From Eledone cirrhosa (lineage: Eukaryota), in assembly GCA_964016885.1 (NCBI GenBank), contig OZ024745.1:3968001-4032000 (forward strand): 64,000 bases of DNA, given 5' to 3'. Within the stretch, counting starts at the first letter, position 1; each line of letters opens with the position of its first letter. The position numbers were made by a program, and so were the translations under genes. Under the pieces are notes generated by a model that was not told where the DNA came from, ran no database searches, and was given only the letters and a program-made list of their open reading frames with translations. This document shows, one piece after another, positions 40,800 through 51,198 of this stretch.

Positions 40800-41270
40800 C
40801 CATATTAGGCCGAAATATCAGGTCAGATCATCATTCCATATGGCCTCTGGCCACCATCTGGTTCTTCTCCACTGCTTTGGTGTCCACCCCATTGCTCTAA
40901 TAATTGTGTCTGAGATGAGAGATGTCACCAGCCCATGTTTGTTCATCTTGATGGTCTTCATTATGTCCTTCATGCCAGTCTGCTGTCCAACACAGGTGTT
41001 GTTCTTCTTGTCATGTAAGTTGATCCTGAGCAGGATTCGCTCTATTTTACATTGGACCACTGCAATCATCTCTGCAGTAGGTGGTATTGAGTACCCACAT
41101 CTCACTTCCATATGTCAACACCAGCAGAACATATGCATTAAACAGCTTTCTTTTGGTTTTCATTGTTCACTTGGGACTTCTAATGATGTTATAAACTTTT
41201 CCCAAAGTTATCCAGTCAAGCACAATTCTTCTTTTATCACAGCAGACAATTTTGACATCTTATCCTTTTC
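40800..41270 (-). mobile_element. Decayed RTE-clade LINE fragment (C-terminal part of the ORF), a different subfamily from the one at 51199
   Basis: Minus-strand translation gives IKRRIVLDWITLGKVYNII..MKTKRKLFNAYVLLVLTYGSEMW and, after a frameshift, ERILLRINLHDKKNN...WTPKQWRRTR...WNDDL. These are typical post-RT motifs of RTE elements, here with stops and frameshifts. Confidence 0.8.
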
Positions 41271-41345
41271 AAATTTCTCTTATTTGTAGTAGTTTTTACT
41301 TTATCTCTTTAAAGATATTAGCTCATAATATCTTCATTTTTCCAG

Positions 41346-41383
41346 GTCTTGGTTTAGATCAGTTCCGTAAATTTGATCCTAAG
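41346..41383 (+). CDS. MICU1: Short internal coding exon of MICU1 (38 nt, phase 1 to 0)
   Basis: Acceptor is tcttcatttttccag| and donor is AAG|gtaagt. It joins the previous exon in frame as (G)LGLDQFRKFDPK, matching the recalled human LGLDQYIIKRFDGK. Confidence 0.93.
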
Positions 41384-41466
41384 GTAAGTTTATAGTCTTC
41401 CATTAATTTCATTTATTTAACTGGGTTGGTTGTTATCATGTCACCCCTTTTCTCTGTTTTGCTGGG

Positions 41467-42251
41467 TTTTCTTGTAAGTTAGCCTATATTTCTTGTAAGT
41501 TAGCCTATATTTCTTGTAAGTTAGCCTATATTTCTTGTAAGTTAGCCTATATTTCTTGTAAGTTAGCCTATATTTCTTGTAAGTTAGCCTATATTTCTTG
41601 TAAGTTAGCCTATATTTCTTGTAAGTTAGCCTATATTTCTTGTAAGTTAGCCTATATTTCTTGTAAGTTAGCCTATATTTCTTGTAAGTTAGCCTATATT
41701 TCTTGTAAGTTAGCCTATATTTCTTGTAAGTTAGCCTATATTTCTTGTAAGTTAGCCTATATTTCTTGTAAGTTAGCCTATATTTCTTGTAAGTTAGCCT
41801 ATATTTCTTGTAAGTTAGCCTATATTTCTTGTAAGTTAGCCTATATTTCTTGTAAGTTAGCCTATATTTCTTGTAAGTTAGCCTATATTTCTTGTAAGTT
41901 AGCCTATATTTCTTGTAAGTTAGCCTATATTTCTTGTAAGTTAGCCTATATTTCTTGTAAGTTAGCCTATATTTCTTGTAAGTTAGCCTATATTTCTTGT
42001 AAGTTAGCCTATATTTCTTGTAAGTTAGCATATATTTCTTGTAAGTTAGCATATATTTCTTGTAAGTTAGCATATATTTCTTGTAAGTTAGCATATATTT
42101 CTTGTAAGTTAGCCTATATTTCTTGTAAGTTAGCCTATATTTCTTGTAAGTTAGCCTATATTTCTTGTAAGTTAGCCTATATTTCTTGTAAGTTAGCCTA
42201 TATTTCTTGTAAGTTAGCCTATATTTCTTGTAAGTTAGCATATATTTCTTG
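41467..42251. repeat. 21-bp minisatellite, 37 copies, nearly homogeneous
   Basis: Unit is tttcttgtaagttagcctata; gtaagt recurs from 41474 to 42230 at a 21-nt period. Confidence 0.99.
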
Positions 42252-42553
42252 AAAATATACATATATAATTTAGACATGTATAAGAAACAATGTATATTAT
42301 ATGATTTTGTCATAAATAAATAATATATTATTGTGATAACTTTTTTCACACATGTACAGGCACAACTGATGTGCATAAATAATATATAACATACATATAT
42401 TTGATAAATATCATATAATATATATTTGATATTATGGGAATGGTGTTTAATTTTTATTTCTGTTATATATTTGATATCTGTCTCTGAATTGAAATTAAAG
42501 AAGCAACATTTACATTAGTTGGATAATGATTATAATTATATATACATATATAC

Positions 42554-42555
<2 letters not shown>

Positions 42556-42609
<54 letters not shown>

Positions 42610-42617
42610 CACACACA
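42556..42617. repeat. (TA)n microsatellite followed by short (CA)n
   Basis: Read directly from the sequence. Confidence 0.95.
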
Positions 42618-43309
42618 CGAGTGCCCAACCGGCATACTGCCTACGGAGGCAATTTTTCTTGCAACCATACACCTATATGTATATATATATATTATATATA
42701 CATTGATAGTATCATTCTAAATTTATGAATTTTACATCAAAAGTGTCATGTAGTGAGTAATTTTCTAGGTATTATTACATGAAATATTATATAATAAGTC
42801 AAAATATATGTGTATGTATATATTTGCATGTTTTTATTGTTTATATATTTATTTGCATAGTAAATTTATGAATTTTTCGTTTGTTTAATGGAAAATGTGT
42901 TTGTTTTTAATTTATAATGTTTAATTTCAGCTCAGTTAAAATATTTTGTATTAAATCTGATATTAAATGTTAGTTATTTTTTAGGTTTTTTTTATAGTTC
43001 AAATTGAGTGACATAGATTCTCGGGATTTTTAATTCTTTATTGAGTTAAATCTAATGCATTAACCTGTCAGATCCATGAAGTAGCTTGAAAATGTTACTT
43101 TGTCATTATTAACTTGGTACTTTTAGGAATGTTTCTCTTTAAACATCTACTTACACAGCAGTATATCAAAATAAAATTAATTTTTGTCAATTTTATTTCC
43201 ATCATACATATCTTTATATTCTACTTATAGGTATATTTTACTTGCTTTTTGCAACATATAGCACACATACTTAATAACTTATACTACATGTGAAGCTTAT
43301 TTTGTGGAG

Positions 43310-43744
43310 TAAATTGTTCCACATGTGGTTTCTTAAACATTTATTAAGTAAATTGTGTAAGTTCCACATGTGGTTTATTAGAGATTTATTAAGTAAATTG
43401 TATAAGTTCCACATGTGGTTTATTAGACATTTATTAAGTAAATTGTATAAGTTCCACATGTGGTCTATTAAACATTTATTAAGTAAATTGTATAAGTTAC
43501 ACATGTGGTTTATTAAACATTTATTAAGTAAATTGTATAAGTTCCACATGTGGTTTATTAGACATTTATTAAGTAAATTGTATAAGTTACACATGTGGTT
43601 TATTAAACATTTATTAAGTAAATTGTATAAGTTACACATGTGGTTTATTAAACATTTATTAAGTAAATTGTATAAGTTACACATGTGGTTTATTAAACAT
43701 TTATTAAGTAAATTGTATAAGTTACACATGTGGTTTATTAAACA
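43310..43744. repeat. 45-bp minisatellite, about 10 copies
   Basis: Unit is aagtt(c/a)cacatgtggtttattaaacatttattaagtaaattgtat. Confidence 0.97.
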
Positions 43745-44657
43745 CTATTATCAGTGGTGAAAACAAATTGCTATTTAACAGTTACTTAACGAAAATATGG
43801 AAATAGTAAAGTGTTGCACAAGAAACAGTTGACAGTTCATAAATACCAAAACTTGGTTGTATGTAAGAACAAATAGAACAAGGTTTATTTTGTTTGTAAA
43901 AAAAAATACAATTGAACATTCACAGTACATTGTTTAAAAATACAAAAATACAACAAAGTTCCAATATGGAAATTGCTGTTGTTTTACTATAACATCAGTG
44001 AAATGAAGGTTTGATAGTGAATATGAAAGATTGTAGATCAATAAGTCAAATAAATATATTTTAATGATATAGAAATGTGATAATGTATGTAGCCATTGTT
44101 GAATATTTTGGTTGGTGTAAAGTTAAATATAGGTTAAACAGATAACTAGCAATAAATCATTGACGTGTTTTAAATGATAAATGGAGAAAGGTAGAAAAGT
44201 GTTGTGGAGAATATAGCATGTATTTAAATCAGCTGAAATGACTATGTTAATGGTTGTTATAAAAGAGGTGGTGTTAGGGGAGGGGGCAGACCAGTTGGGA
44301 TTGTTTAGATGGTGTCTGTTTTCACAACCACATGATAAACTGAAGGACACCATTTTTAGATTGTTGATTAGTTGTAAACACCACCAGTGTCTTTCAACCT
44401 GATACATCACAACATACTTTGCTAGCTGGATACCCATCTTCAGCAACATATTTATGGACATTAAACAGTGATGATGATGAATTACATAATTATTTATGGG
44501 TTAAATATATCAATATATTATGTATCTTTGTTGTATTCCATTATTTTATATTGTTGAAGATATTACATACAGACATAAATCTTGATGATCATACTAGTTT
44601 CAGGATTCTCTTGGGGAAAATATTCTGCAGTTGTTTCCTCTTGTCAAATAAGGTTCC

Positions 44658-45011
44658 AAGCTGTTTGTGCTATCCACATCACCTATTTACAGTTTGGTAG
44701 ATTCAGCCAGCTAGAGAAGCTGTTTGTGTTATCCACATCACCTATTTACAGTTTGGTAGATTCAGCCAGCTAGAGAAGCTGTTTGTGTTATCCACATCAC
44801 CTATTTACAGTTTGGTAGATTCAGCCAGCTAGAGAAGCTGTTTGTGTTATCCACATCACCTATTTACAGTTTGGTAGATTCAGCCAGCTAGAGAAGCTGT
44901 TTGTGTTATCCACATCACCTATTTACAGTTTGGTAGATTCAGCCAGCTAGAGAAGCTGTTTGTGTTATCCACATCACCTATTTACAGTTTGGTAGATTCA
45001 GCCAGCTAGAG
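44658..45011. repeat. 59-bp minisatellite, 6 near-identical copies
   Basis: Unit is aagctgtttgtgttatccacatcacctatttacagtttggtagattcagccagctagag, with attcag recurring at 44701 and 44760. Confidence 0.98.
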
Positions 45012-46016
45012 CAAACTACCTTGGTCCTTGGCCATCATTATAGCACGGTACTGGAATATAAGGAATCATATTTGGTTAATAAACTACAACCAGTAAATGT
45101 AGATCTAATTATGTAAATTTAAGCATGTAAAATATGTATATAAAGGATGTAGGATGGATGTGTTATCACTTCCTATATTATCAAAGTGTTTTCAGATTAT
45201 TTTAATTTAATTTACTACTGAAAAAAATAAACAAAATTGTTTAAGTTTTATAATCGTATATTTAATGAGAGAAAATGATACTATATTTCTTAATAAGCAA
45301 CATAAATATATACTCTCCATTAATTTAAAATATATTTCATAATTCTAAAATAAATCCTTTACTTAAAAATGTAAAGAATTTAAATGATTTAATAAAAAAT
45401 CCAAAAGTAAATCAGTTTATTTCAAACATAGCATTGTCTTCTTTTTGGTTAGATTTTAAAGTTTTACAAAATTTAAATTGGTGTTTTGTATCCTCTATAC
45501 ATTTAGTTTATCAACTACTAGACAATACATTTATTACATATCTATAGTATCCATAATCTATTTACTTTTTAACATACATACCTACCAGATGCAGTTGTGC
45601 CTATCATATGAAATTCTATAAGAATATACAACTACATTTATTTTTCTGTTTTTATACATGCTTTTTTGTTTTAAATTGGATATATAAAATTTAAATTTCT
45701 TTATTCATTTGATTTACTTATTTGTTTCTGCTATCCTCACACATTACATATATACTGTTGTGAATATTAGGTGTGTGTATATATATAGTAAGTAGAATCG
45801 AAGTCAGTGTTACAGCATATGTACAAACTTTATTGGCATATTACTAGTGCCACCTGTAACTTTTGTTACACACTTAACATATATAATATAAAACAATCAT
45901 ACATTTTTATGAAACCACCATGTTTTGGATGAATGATTTTAAACAAAGGACAGTACTTTAAATTAGTTGAGTAAATGTTCACATATTCTCTTCAATATAT
46001 GCTATTCTGTGTCTAG

Positions 46017-46026
46017 TTTACAAATG
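46017..46026 (+). other. Candidate 10-nt frame-shifting microexon of MICU1
   Basis: Sequence is tgctattctgtgtctag|TTTACAAATG|gtaagt. The donor is perfect, but the length is not a multiple of 3. Confidence 0.3.
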
Positions 46027-46426
46027 GTAAGTTCTGTTGGTTTCTTGATAATATTTATAGCAGCTCTACTTCAAGAATTCACAATGTTTCTCTTGTCCAT
46101 TATTAACTCTAGTGCTCCTTGTTGTATTTATGTATATATATGGTTATTGAGAATATGTGTTTTAGATTCACATGAATATCTAGACTTTTCTCTTTCAACC
46201 ATTTTATATTCTGTAACTGAAATTGGAATGAAGCTTTTTTTTATAAGTTTCATTTATCCTTAATTCTCTTGTGTTCTTTATTTCCTTCTTTTTATATATA
46301 ATATGAAATTATCTTTCTATTTATATATAATATGAAACTGTTTTGATTTTAAAAAAAAAAACTTTTTTCCTTCCAAAGATAAATAGCAAAATGTTGTTAT
46401 TTATTTCATCTCTTTTTGGCTTTTAG

Positions 46427-46438
46427 AAGGATTCATTG
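46427..46438 (+). CDS. MICU1: Candidate 12-nt alternative microexon of MICU1 (KDSL)
   Basis: Sequence is ttatttatttcatctctttttggcttttag|AAGGATTCATTG|gtgagt, with a long pyrimidine tract and consensus donor. It preserves frame after the phase-0 exon end. Confidence 0.6.
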
Positions 46439-47194
46439 GTGAGTTTAGTGTCCCTTTTAATATCTCTTTACCTTCCCCCCTCCATCCCTGCTCTCTCTTT
46501 CTCTCTCTTTTTCTCTCTAGACATACTCCTTTGATCCTACTGACAGATAACAATTTTTGGTCTTGATACATACATTTTTGTTCTAGAATCAGTGGAATGC
46601 CTTTCTCGTCTTCTTGTCTTCTGTGCAACGAAGACAGAATTCATTAAGACTTTTCATTTTACATTTTTGCCCATTCACTCTGTTCAATGAGTTTGCATAT
46701 TATTATATTTATTATTATTATTATTATTTAATAACTGTTGTTTACAATCTGGTTTTTGCACTTAGTCGAAGCTGTTGCCATGTAACAAAAACAACAGTAA
46801 CAAAGTATATAGTTGTTCTTTAAACATCACTTGTATCAGAAATCAGTGTTACTTTTTTATTTCTGCATTCTTCGTAGTATTTTCATTGCCTGCGGCACTA
46901 TTATAGATATTTCGCCACACAGTGTTTTGTTGTTTTACCCACCCCGTCCCCTAAAAGAAACTTATTAAAGTAATTTGACACAACATTCATTGCTAAACAT
47001 GACTGATGATAATGATTTGACACAACATACATTGCTAAACATGACTCTGACAAGGATGATTTCTTTTGGGAAGATTATTTTAGAGGGAAACAATAATGCT
47101 GAGCGTTATAAATGTCAAAAGGATAAAATAGTATTGAACTTGGTGAGATTTGAACTCTGAAATTAGCACAGTAAATATCTAGTTTACCACAAGA

Positions 47195-47720
47195 ACAAAA
47201 AGCACCCAGTCCACACTGTAAGATGGTCATGTTGGTGACATTACAAAAAGCACCCAGTCCACACTGTAAGATGGTCATGTTGGTGACATTACAAAAAGCA
47301 CCCAGTCCACACTGTAAGATGGTCATGTTGGTGACATTACAAAAAGCACCCAGTCCACACTGTAAGATGGTCATGTTGGTGACATCACAAAAAGCACCCA
47401 GTCTACCCTGTAAAGTGATCATGTTGGTGACACAAGAAAAAGCACCTATTCCGCCTTGTAAGTGGTTATACCGGTAACATGACAAAAAGTGCCCAGTCTA
47501 CTCTGTAAAGTGACATGATAAAAAGCGCTCAGTCAATCCTGTAAGGTGGTCGTGCTGGTGACATGACAAAAAGTACCCAGTCTACCCTGTAAAGTGATCG
47601 TGTTGGTGACATGATAAAAAGCACTCAGTCCATACTGTAAATGTAGTTGGTGTTAGGAAGGGCATCCAGACATAGAAACCAAACCAAAATATAGATGTAT
47701 ATGAGCAAGACATGGTCTTC
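47195..47720 (+). mobile_element. SINE-like element (family B) with about 9 internal 48-bp tandem repeats
   Basis: Unit is aaaaagcacccagtccacactgtaagatggtcatgttggtgacattac. It is followed by gtagttggtgttaggaagggcatccagacatagaaaccaaaccaaaa...gtatatgagcaagac, homologous to 21720-21780. Confidence 0.8.
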
Positions 47721-48050
47721 GGACCTGACTTGTCTCATAATAACCCTTCTGTCACGCTACAGTCCCAGCTGTGTGAAACATCATAATAATGTCATTGTAG
47801 AACATTTATTTGTTGTTATCCAGAGTTGTTACTTGAACTATATAACCTTGGTACAGTTTTAGCTTTATATATATTATCATTAGTATTTCTGATACTTTAT
47901 GTTATAATTGTTTAGAATGGTGGGTGGGAAACCTGATGGGGAGGACCGTCAGTTGTGTCAAAGACATAACAACCTCTCCTATCCACTTAGTGGAGTGTCA
48001 ACCATACATAAAGTGAGATCCCTGACCTGCTACAGACTTAGTCTCTCTTA

Positions 48051-48110
48051 GACCCGTCCAACCTTTGCTAACAGGGAAAGCAGACATTTAGACGACGACA
48101 ACGATGATGA
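48051..48110 (+). mobile_element. RTE-type 3' tail (end of a SINE or LINE fragment)
   Basis: gacccgtccaacctttgctaacagggaaagcagacatttagacgacgacaacgatgatga resembles the LINE end gacccgtcccacccttgcaagcagggaaaagcggacgtaaaatgatgatg. Confidence 0.75.
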
Positions 48111-48170
48111 AGTCCATGACAGGGTTTCAGTTTCTAGCTGGAGTTAAATAACAATATATTAAATGTAGTG

Positions 48171-48300
48171 AAGGCAGGTGACTAAGTGGTCGGAGTTGCA
48201 ATCATGAGGTTGTCAGTTTGATTCCCAGACCAGACAATACATTGTCCTTGAGCAAGACACTTTATTTCACATTGCTCTTTCTGCCAGGAGTTGCAACTGG
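48171..48300 (+). mobile_element. 5' part of a tRNA-derived SINE with a CORE-like motif
   Basis: A tRNA-like head (gtgactaagtggt...agtttgattccc) is followed by ttgtccttgagcaagacactttatttcacattgctc. Confidence 0.7.
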
Positions 48301-48583
48301 TTGATAGTATCAGCAATTGAAAAGACCAATGGAAACATTGTTTCCTAGGTCCAATTTGACAAGCTACACCACACTGTAAGCAAATAAGGTGTGGGAACTT
48401 GTAATTCAATTGCTATATTAAATGTAGTAGTATTTGATGACAAAATCATTTTGAATTCAAGTTTTGCTTCACTCCTCATCATTTAACATCCAATTCCCTG
48501 ACATTGATGATGAAGAAACTTGAAGTTTAAATGTATTCAAAATCATTTTCTCTTCAAATGTTACTACATCACTGAAAAAAATT

Positions 48584-48956
48584 GTGTGTCCCCATATGTC
48601 TGTTTCCCCGTGTGTGTGTGTGTGTGTCCGTGTGTGTTTCCCATTATGTGTGTTTCCCCGTGTGTGTGTCCCCCTGTGTCTGTGTGTCCGTGTCCCCCTG
48701 TGTGTGTGTGTCCATGTGTCGCCCCGTGTGTATGTGTCCCTGTGTTCGTGACCCCACCCCCCACCCCCCGTGTGTGTCCATGTCCCCCTGTGTCCGCATC
48801 CCCTGTGTGTCCCCCGTATGTGTGTGTCCCTGTGTACGTGTCCCCCTGTATGTGTGTCCGTGTCCTCGTGTGTGTGTACCCGTATGTGTGTGTACCTGTG
48901 TCCATGTCCCCCTGTGTATGTGTGTCCCCCCGTGTCCCTCCGTATGTGTGTGTCCG
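48584..48956. repeat. Low-complexity (TG)n/C-run cryptic repeat
   Basis: Irregular tgtgtgtccccc units. Confidence 0.9.
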
Positions 48957-49069
48957 TTCAATGAAGGGGAATCTAACTTGTGTTATTAAGAAATAAAATG
49001 TAAAATGAATCAGTTCAGGGATGTTTGTTATATAAGATCAGTGTGTAGTCTCTGGTCCCAAATAATAGA

Positions 49070-49087
49070 GGGGGGGGGGGGGGGGGG
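49070..49087. repeat. G18 homopolymer
   Basis: Read directly from the sequence. Confidence 0.9.
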
Positions 49088-49344
49088 TCAGTCATTTTTC
49101 TAGGTTGTCTCTGTTGGTTTTTTTTTTTAAACCTGAATTAGTGGTTTAGTTGACATATTGAGTCCCCAACCCTTCCTATTTTATAACATATGGGATTTCT
49201 AGTAATTTAATAAGCGGGGTTTGAGGGTTGGAAAAACTTATCAAGTTCTTTACTATTCACAAGTTTGGGCCTTTATGACCAAAATTACAGTGAAATGGTG
49301 TGTTGGGAATAGGTTTTAGCACTGGTTAATTCCATTTTTGTAAA

Positions 49345-49590
49345 CCCATGTGACCCAGTGGTTAGACTGTCAGACTATCATAATGCCATAAGTTCAATTC
49401 TTGGACCAGATGGGGTGATGTGTTGTGTTAAACACTTGACTTTATGTGTTGCTCCAGCTGAAAATGAGTACCTGTAATAAGTGGGGAAGGTTAACCCTGC
49501 AATGGACTGACATTTAATCTAGGGAGAAGTTTTCTAATCTCAGTCACTGATGAAACCAGGATCAGTACTGACCTGGTGAACCTGATGGCA
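49345..49590 (+). mobile_element. tRNA-derived SINE (family C), diverged
   Basis: Contains gtgacccagtggttag, aagttcaattcttgg, gttgctccag, aaccctgcaatggactgac and gaaaccaggatcagtactgacctggtgaacct; it is an inverted homolog of 40075-40340. Confidence 0.75.
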
Positions 49591-50707
49591 GATTATGATT
49601 GAATTTAATCTAGCTGTAAGTAATCCAGGGAGAGATACGTTATTTTGTCACTTTCCCTTTTAAGGGGTAAATGAAGAGTGAAGTGACTGTATTGACACTT
49701 ATTATATCAACCTTAATAGGATCTGGAATTTGTTGCTTGAGACATCAAATCAAATAATATATCAACTTTGTTAATTGCCTGTAATACTCAAGAACTAAAT
49801 ATCAATCATTATCATCATCATAAGCCAGAAAACATATACAGTCCTTTGATTACATATTCATCAGCTTGAAAATTATGTTTTTTTTCTTCCTTACACTTCC
49901 CCAAAATACTGCTGACAAATGAGTAACTTAGCTTGAAATATTCCTTGAAATAAAAATGTTTGAATAATCATTAGATGTTTTTATATTTTTGTTTCCTTCT
50001 GTGGCAAAGTATCTACAAGTATCTTAAAATATATAAATATTAGTTATAAGTTATAAGTTATTAGTAGTATTTTTCATTAAACTTCTTTGTCTCTGATGGA
50101 GACATAAGTCTACAAGTTTATAAGTTGCTGATATCTTCAATTCTTTTAATTAAAGATAAATATGCAGATGAGTCCTGCTACAAAAGAATGCCTTCTTGCA
50201 GTTCACTGAGAAAGTCTACCAAAACAAGTTTTACTATTTTCTATTTTAGTGTAGTTTCAGATTTCATTATTTTTCTTTGTATATATAATGAATATATATT
50301 TAATCTATATTTTACATACATATCTCAGTATTTTAAAAATGGTTTCAAATTTTTAGCATTCATAAAGTGTTGTTTTTTTTCCCCTCACTAACATGGTTTT
50401 GCTAGGTCTACAAATTTTGACATTTGCATGTCTTTTTGCCATGGATATTTACATGTGAATATTTTCATAATACTAACCTATTTTTTTCTCATGAACTGGA
50501 GTCTTTTTATTTTCTAGTTAATGAAGCTTTGATATAATCATATTGTTTCATTTAACATAAATGCAGACTATCTCAAGTAAAATGAAAATATGTTGTTTTT
50601 TTATATTGCCGTGGCATAGCCTCATTTTCATACCTTTGAAGACTGTGTTCTTTTTTTATTCTTTTCATTTTTTCCATATCAAAACACAAGTTATTATATA
50701 TATATAG

Positions 50708-50895
50708 GGCGGTGGATTGGTAGTATCGGTAGAGCATTGGACGCCATGCTTTGTAGCATAGAGTTACGGCCCTTTATGATCTGAGTTCAAATCCCGCCGA
50801 GGTTAACTTTGCCTTTCATCCTTATGGGGTCGATAAAATAAAATACCAGTAATACACTGGGATAATTGCTGGCCTTGTGACAAAAAGTAGAAACA
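50708..50895 (+). mobile_element. Apparently complete tRNA-derived SINE (family A) with a 15-bp target-site duplication
   Basis: Head is ggcggtggattggtagtatcggtagagc, with B-box gagttcaaatccc. The direct repeat attatatatatatag sits at 50693-50707 and 50896-50910. Confidence 0.9.
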
Positions 50896-51198
50896 ATTAT
50901 ATATATATAGTGTTATGTCACTACTTGCTGTTTTGTCATATAACACAAGATATTACATATATATAGTATGTAACTACTTGCTGTCATAAAATGTTGAAAT
51001 ATGGTAGAAAGAATTGGATGAATTCTTAATATCATGTTTTTATGATCAAGATAAGTTGTAATGAAGGTTTCTAAGTTGAGGAATAGTCCAAAATAATATT
51101 GTCATTTAGAAAACATTTAAAACATGAAATCTTTAAATGTCAAAATAATTGTACTGCTATTGTAATAATTCTCTTCATTTTTTTACTAGTTATATCTC

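Noticed and set aside
43215-43236. Recursive splice site (ctacttatAG|GTatat)
   Set aside because: The regenerated donor is weak and such a match is expected by chance in AT-rich sequence.
41441-43760. YKKYRLT, YIYI and HMCNLYNLLNK repeat ORFs
   Set aside because: These are translations of minisatellites and microsatellites.
48520-48996. Cys/Val/Pro-rich and His/Thr/Gly-rich ORFs
   Set aside because: The low-complexity TG/C repeat is open in several frames.
50125-50391. ORF segment IFYFSVVSDFIIFL resembling the next MICU1 exon (SIFY...ISFSDYIFL)
   Set aside because: The spacing is wrong, the conserved glycines are missing and there are no fitting splice sites. The next constitutive exon seems to lie beyond the window.
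50708-50800. tRNA gene
   Set aside because: It has A/B-box-like motifs but no cloverleaf, and it continues into a repeated SINE body with a TSD.
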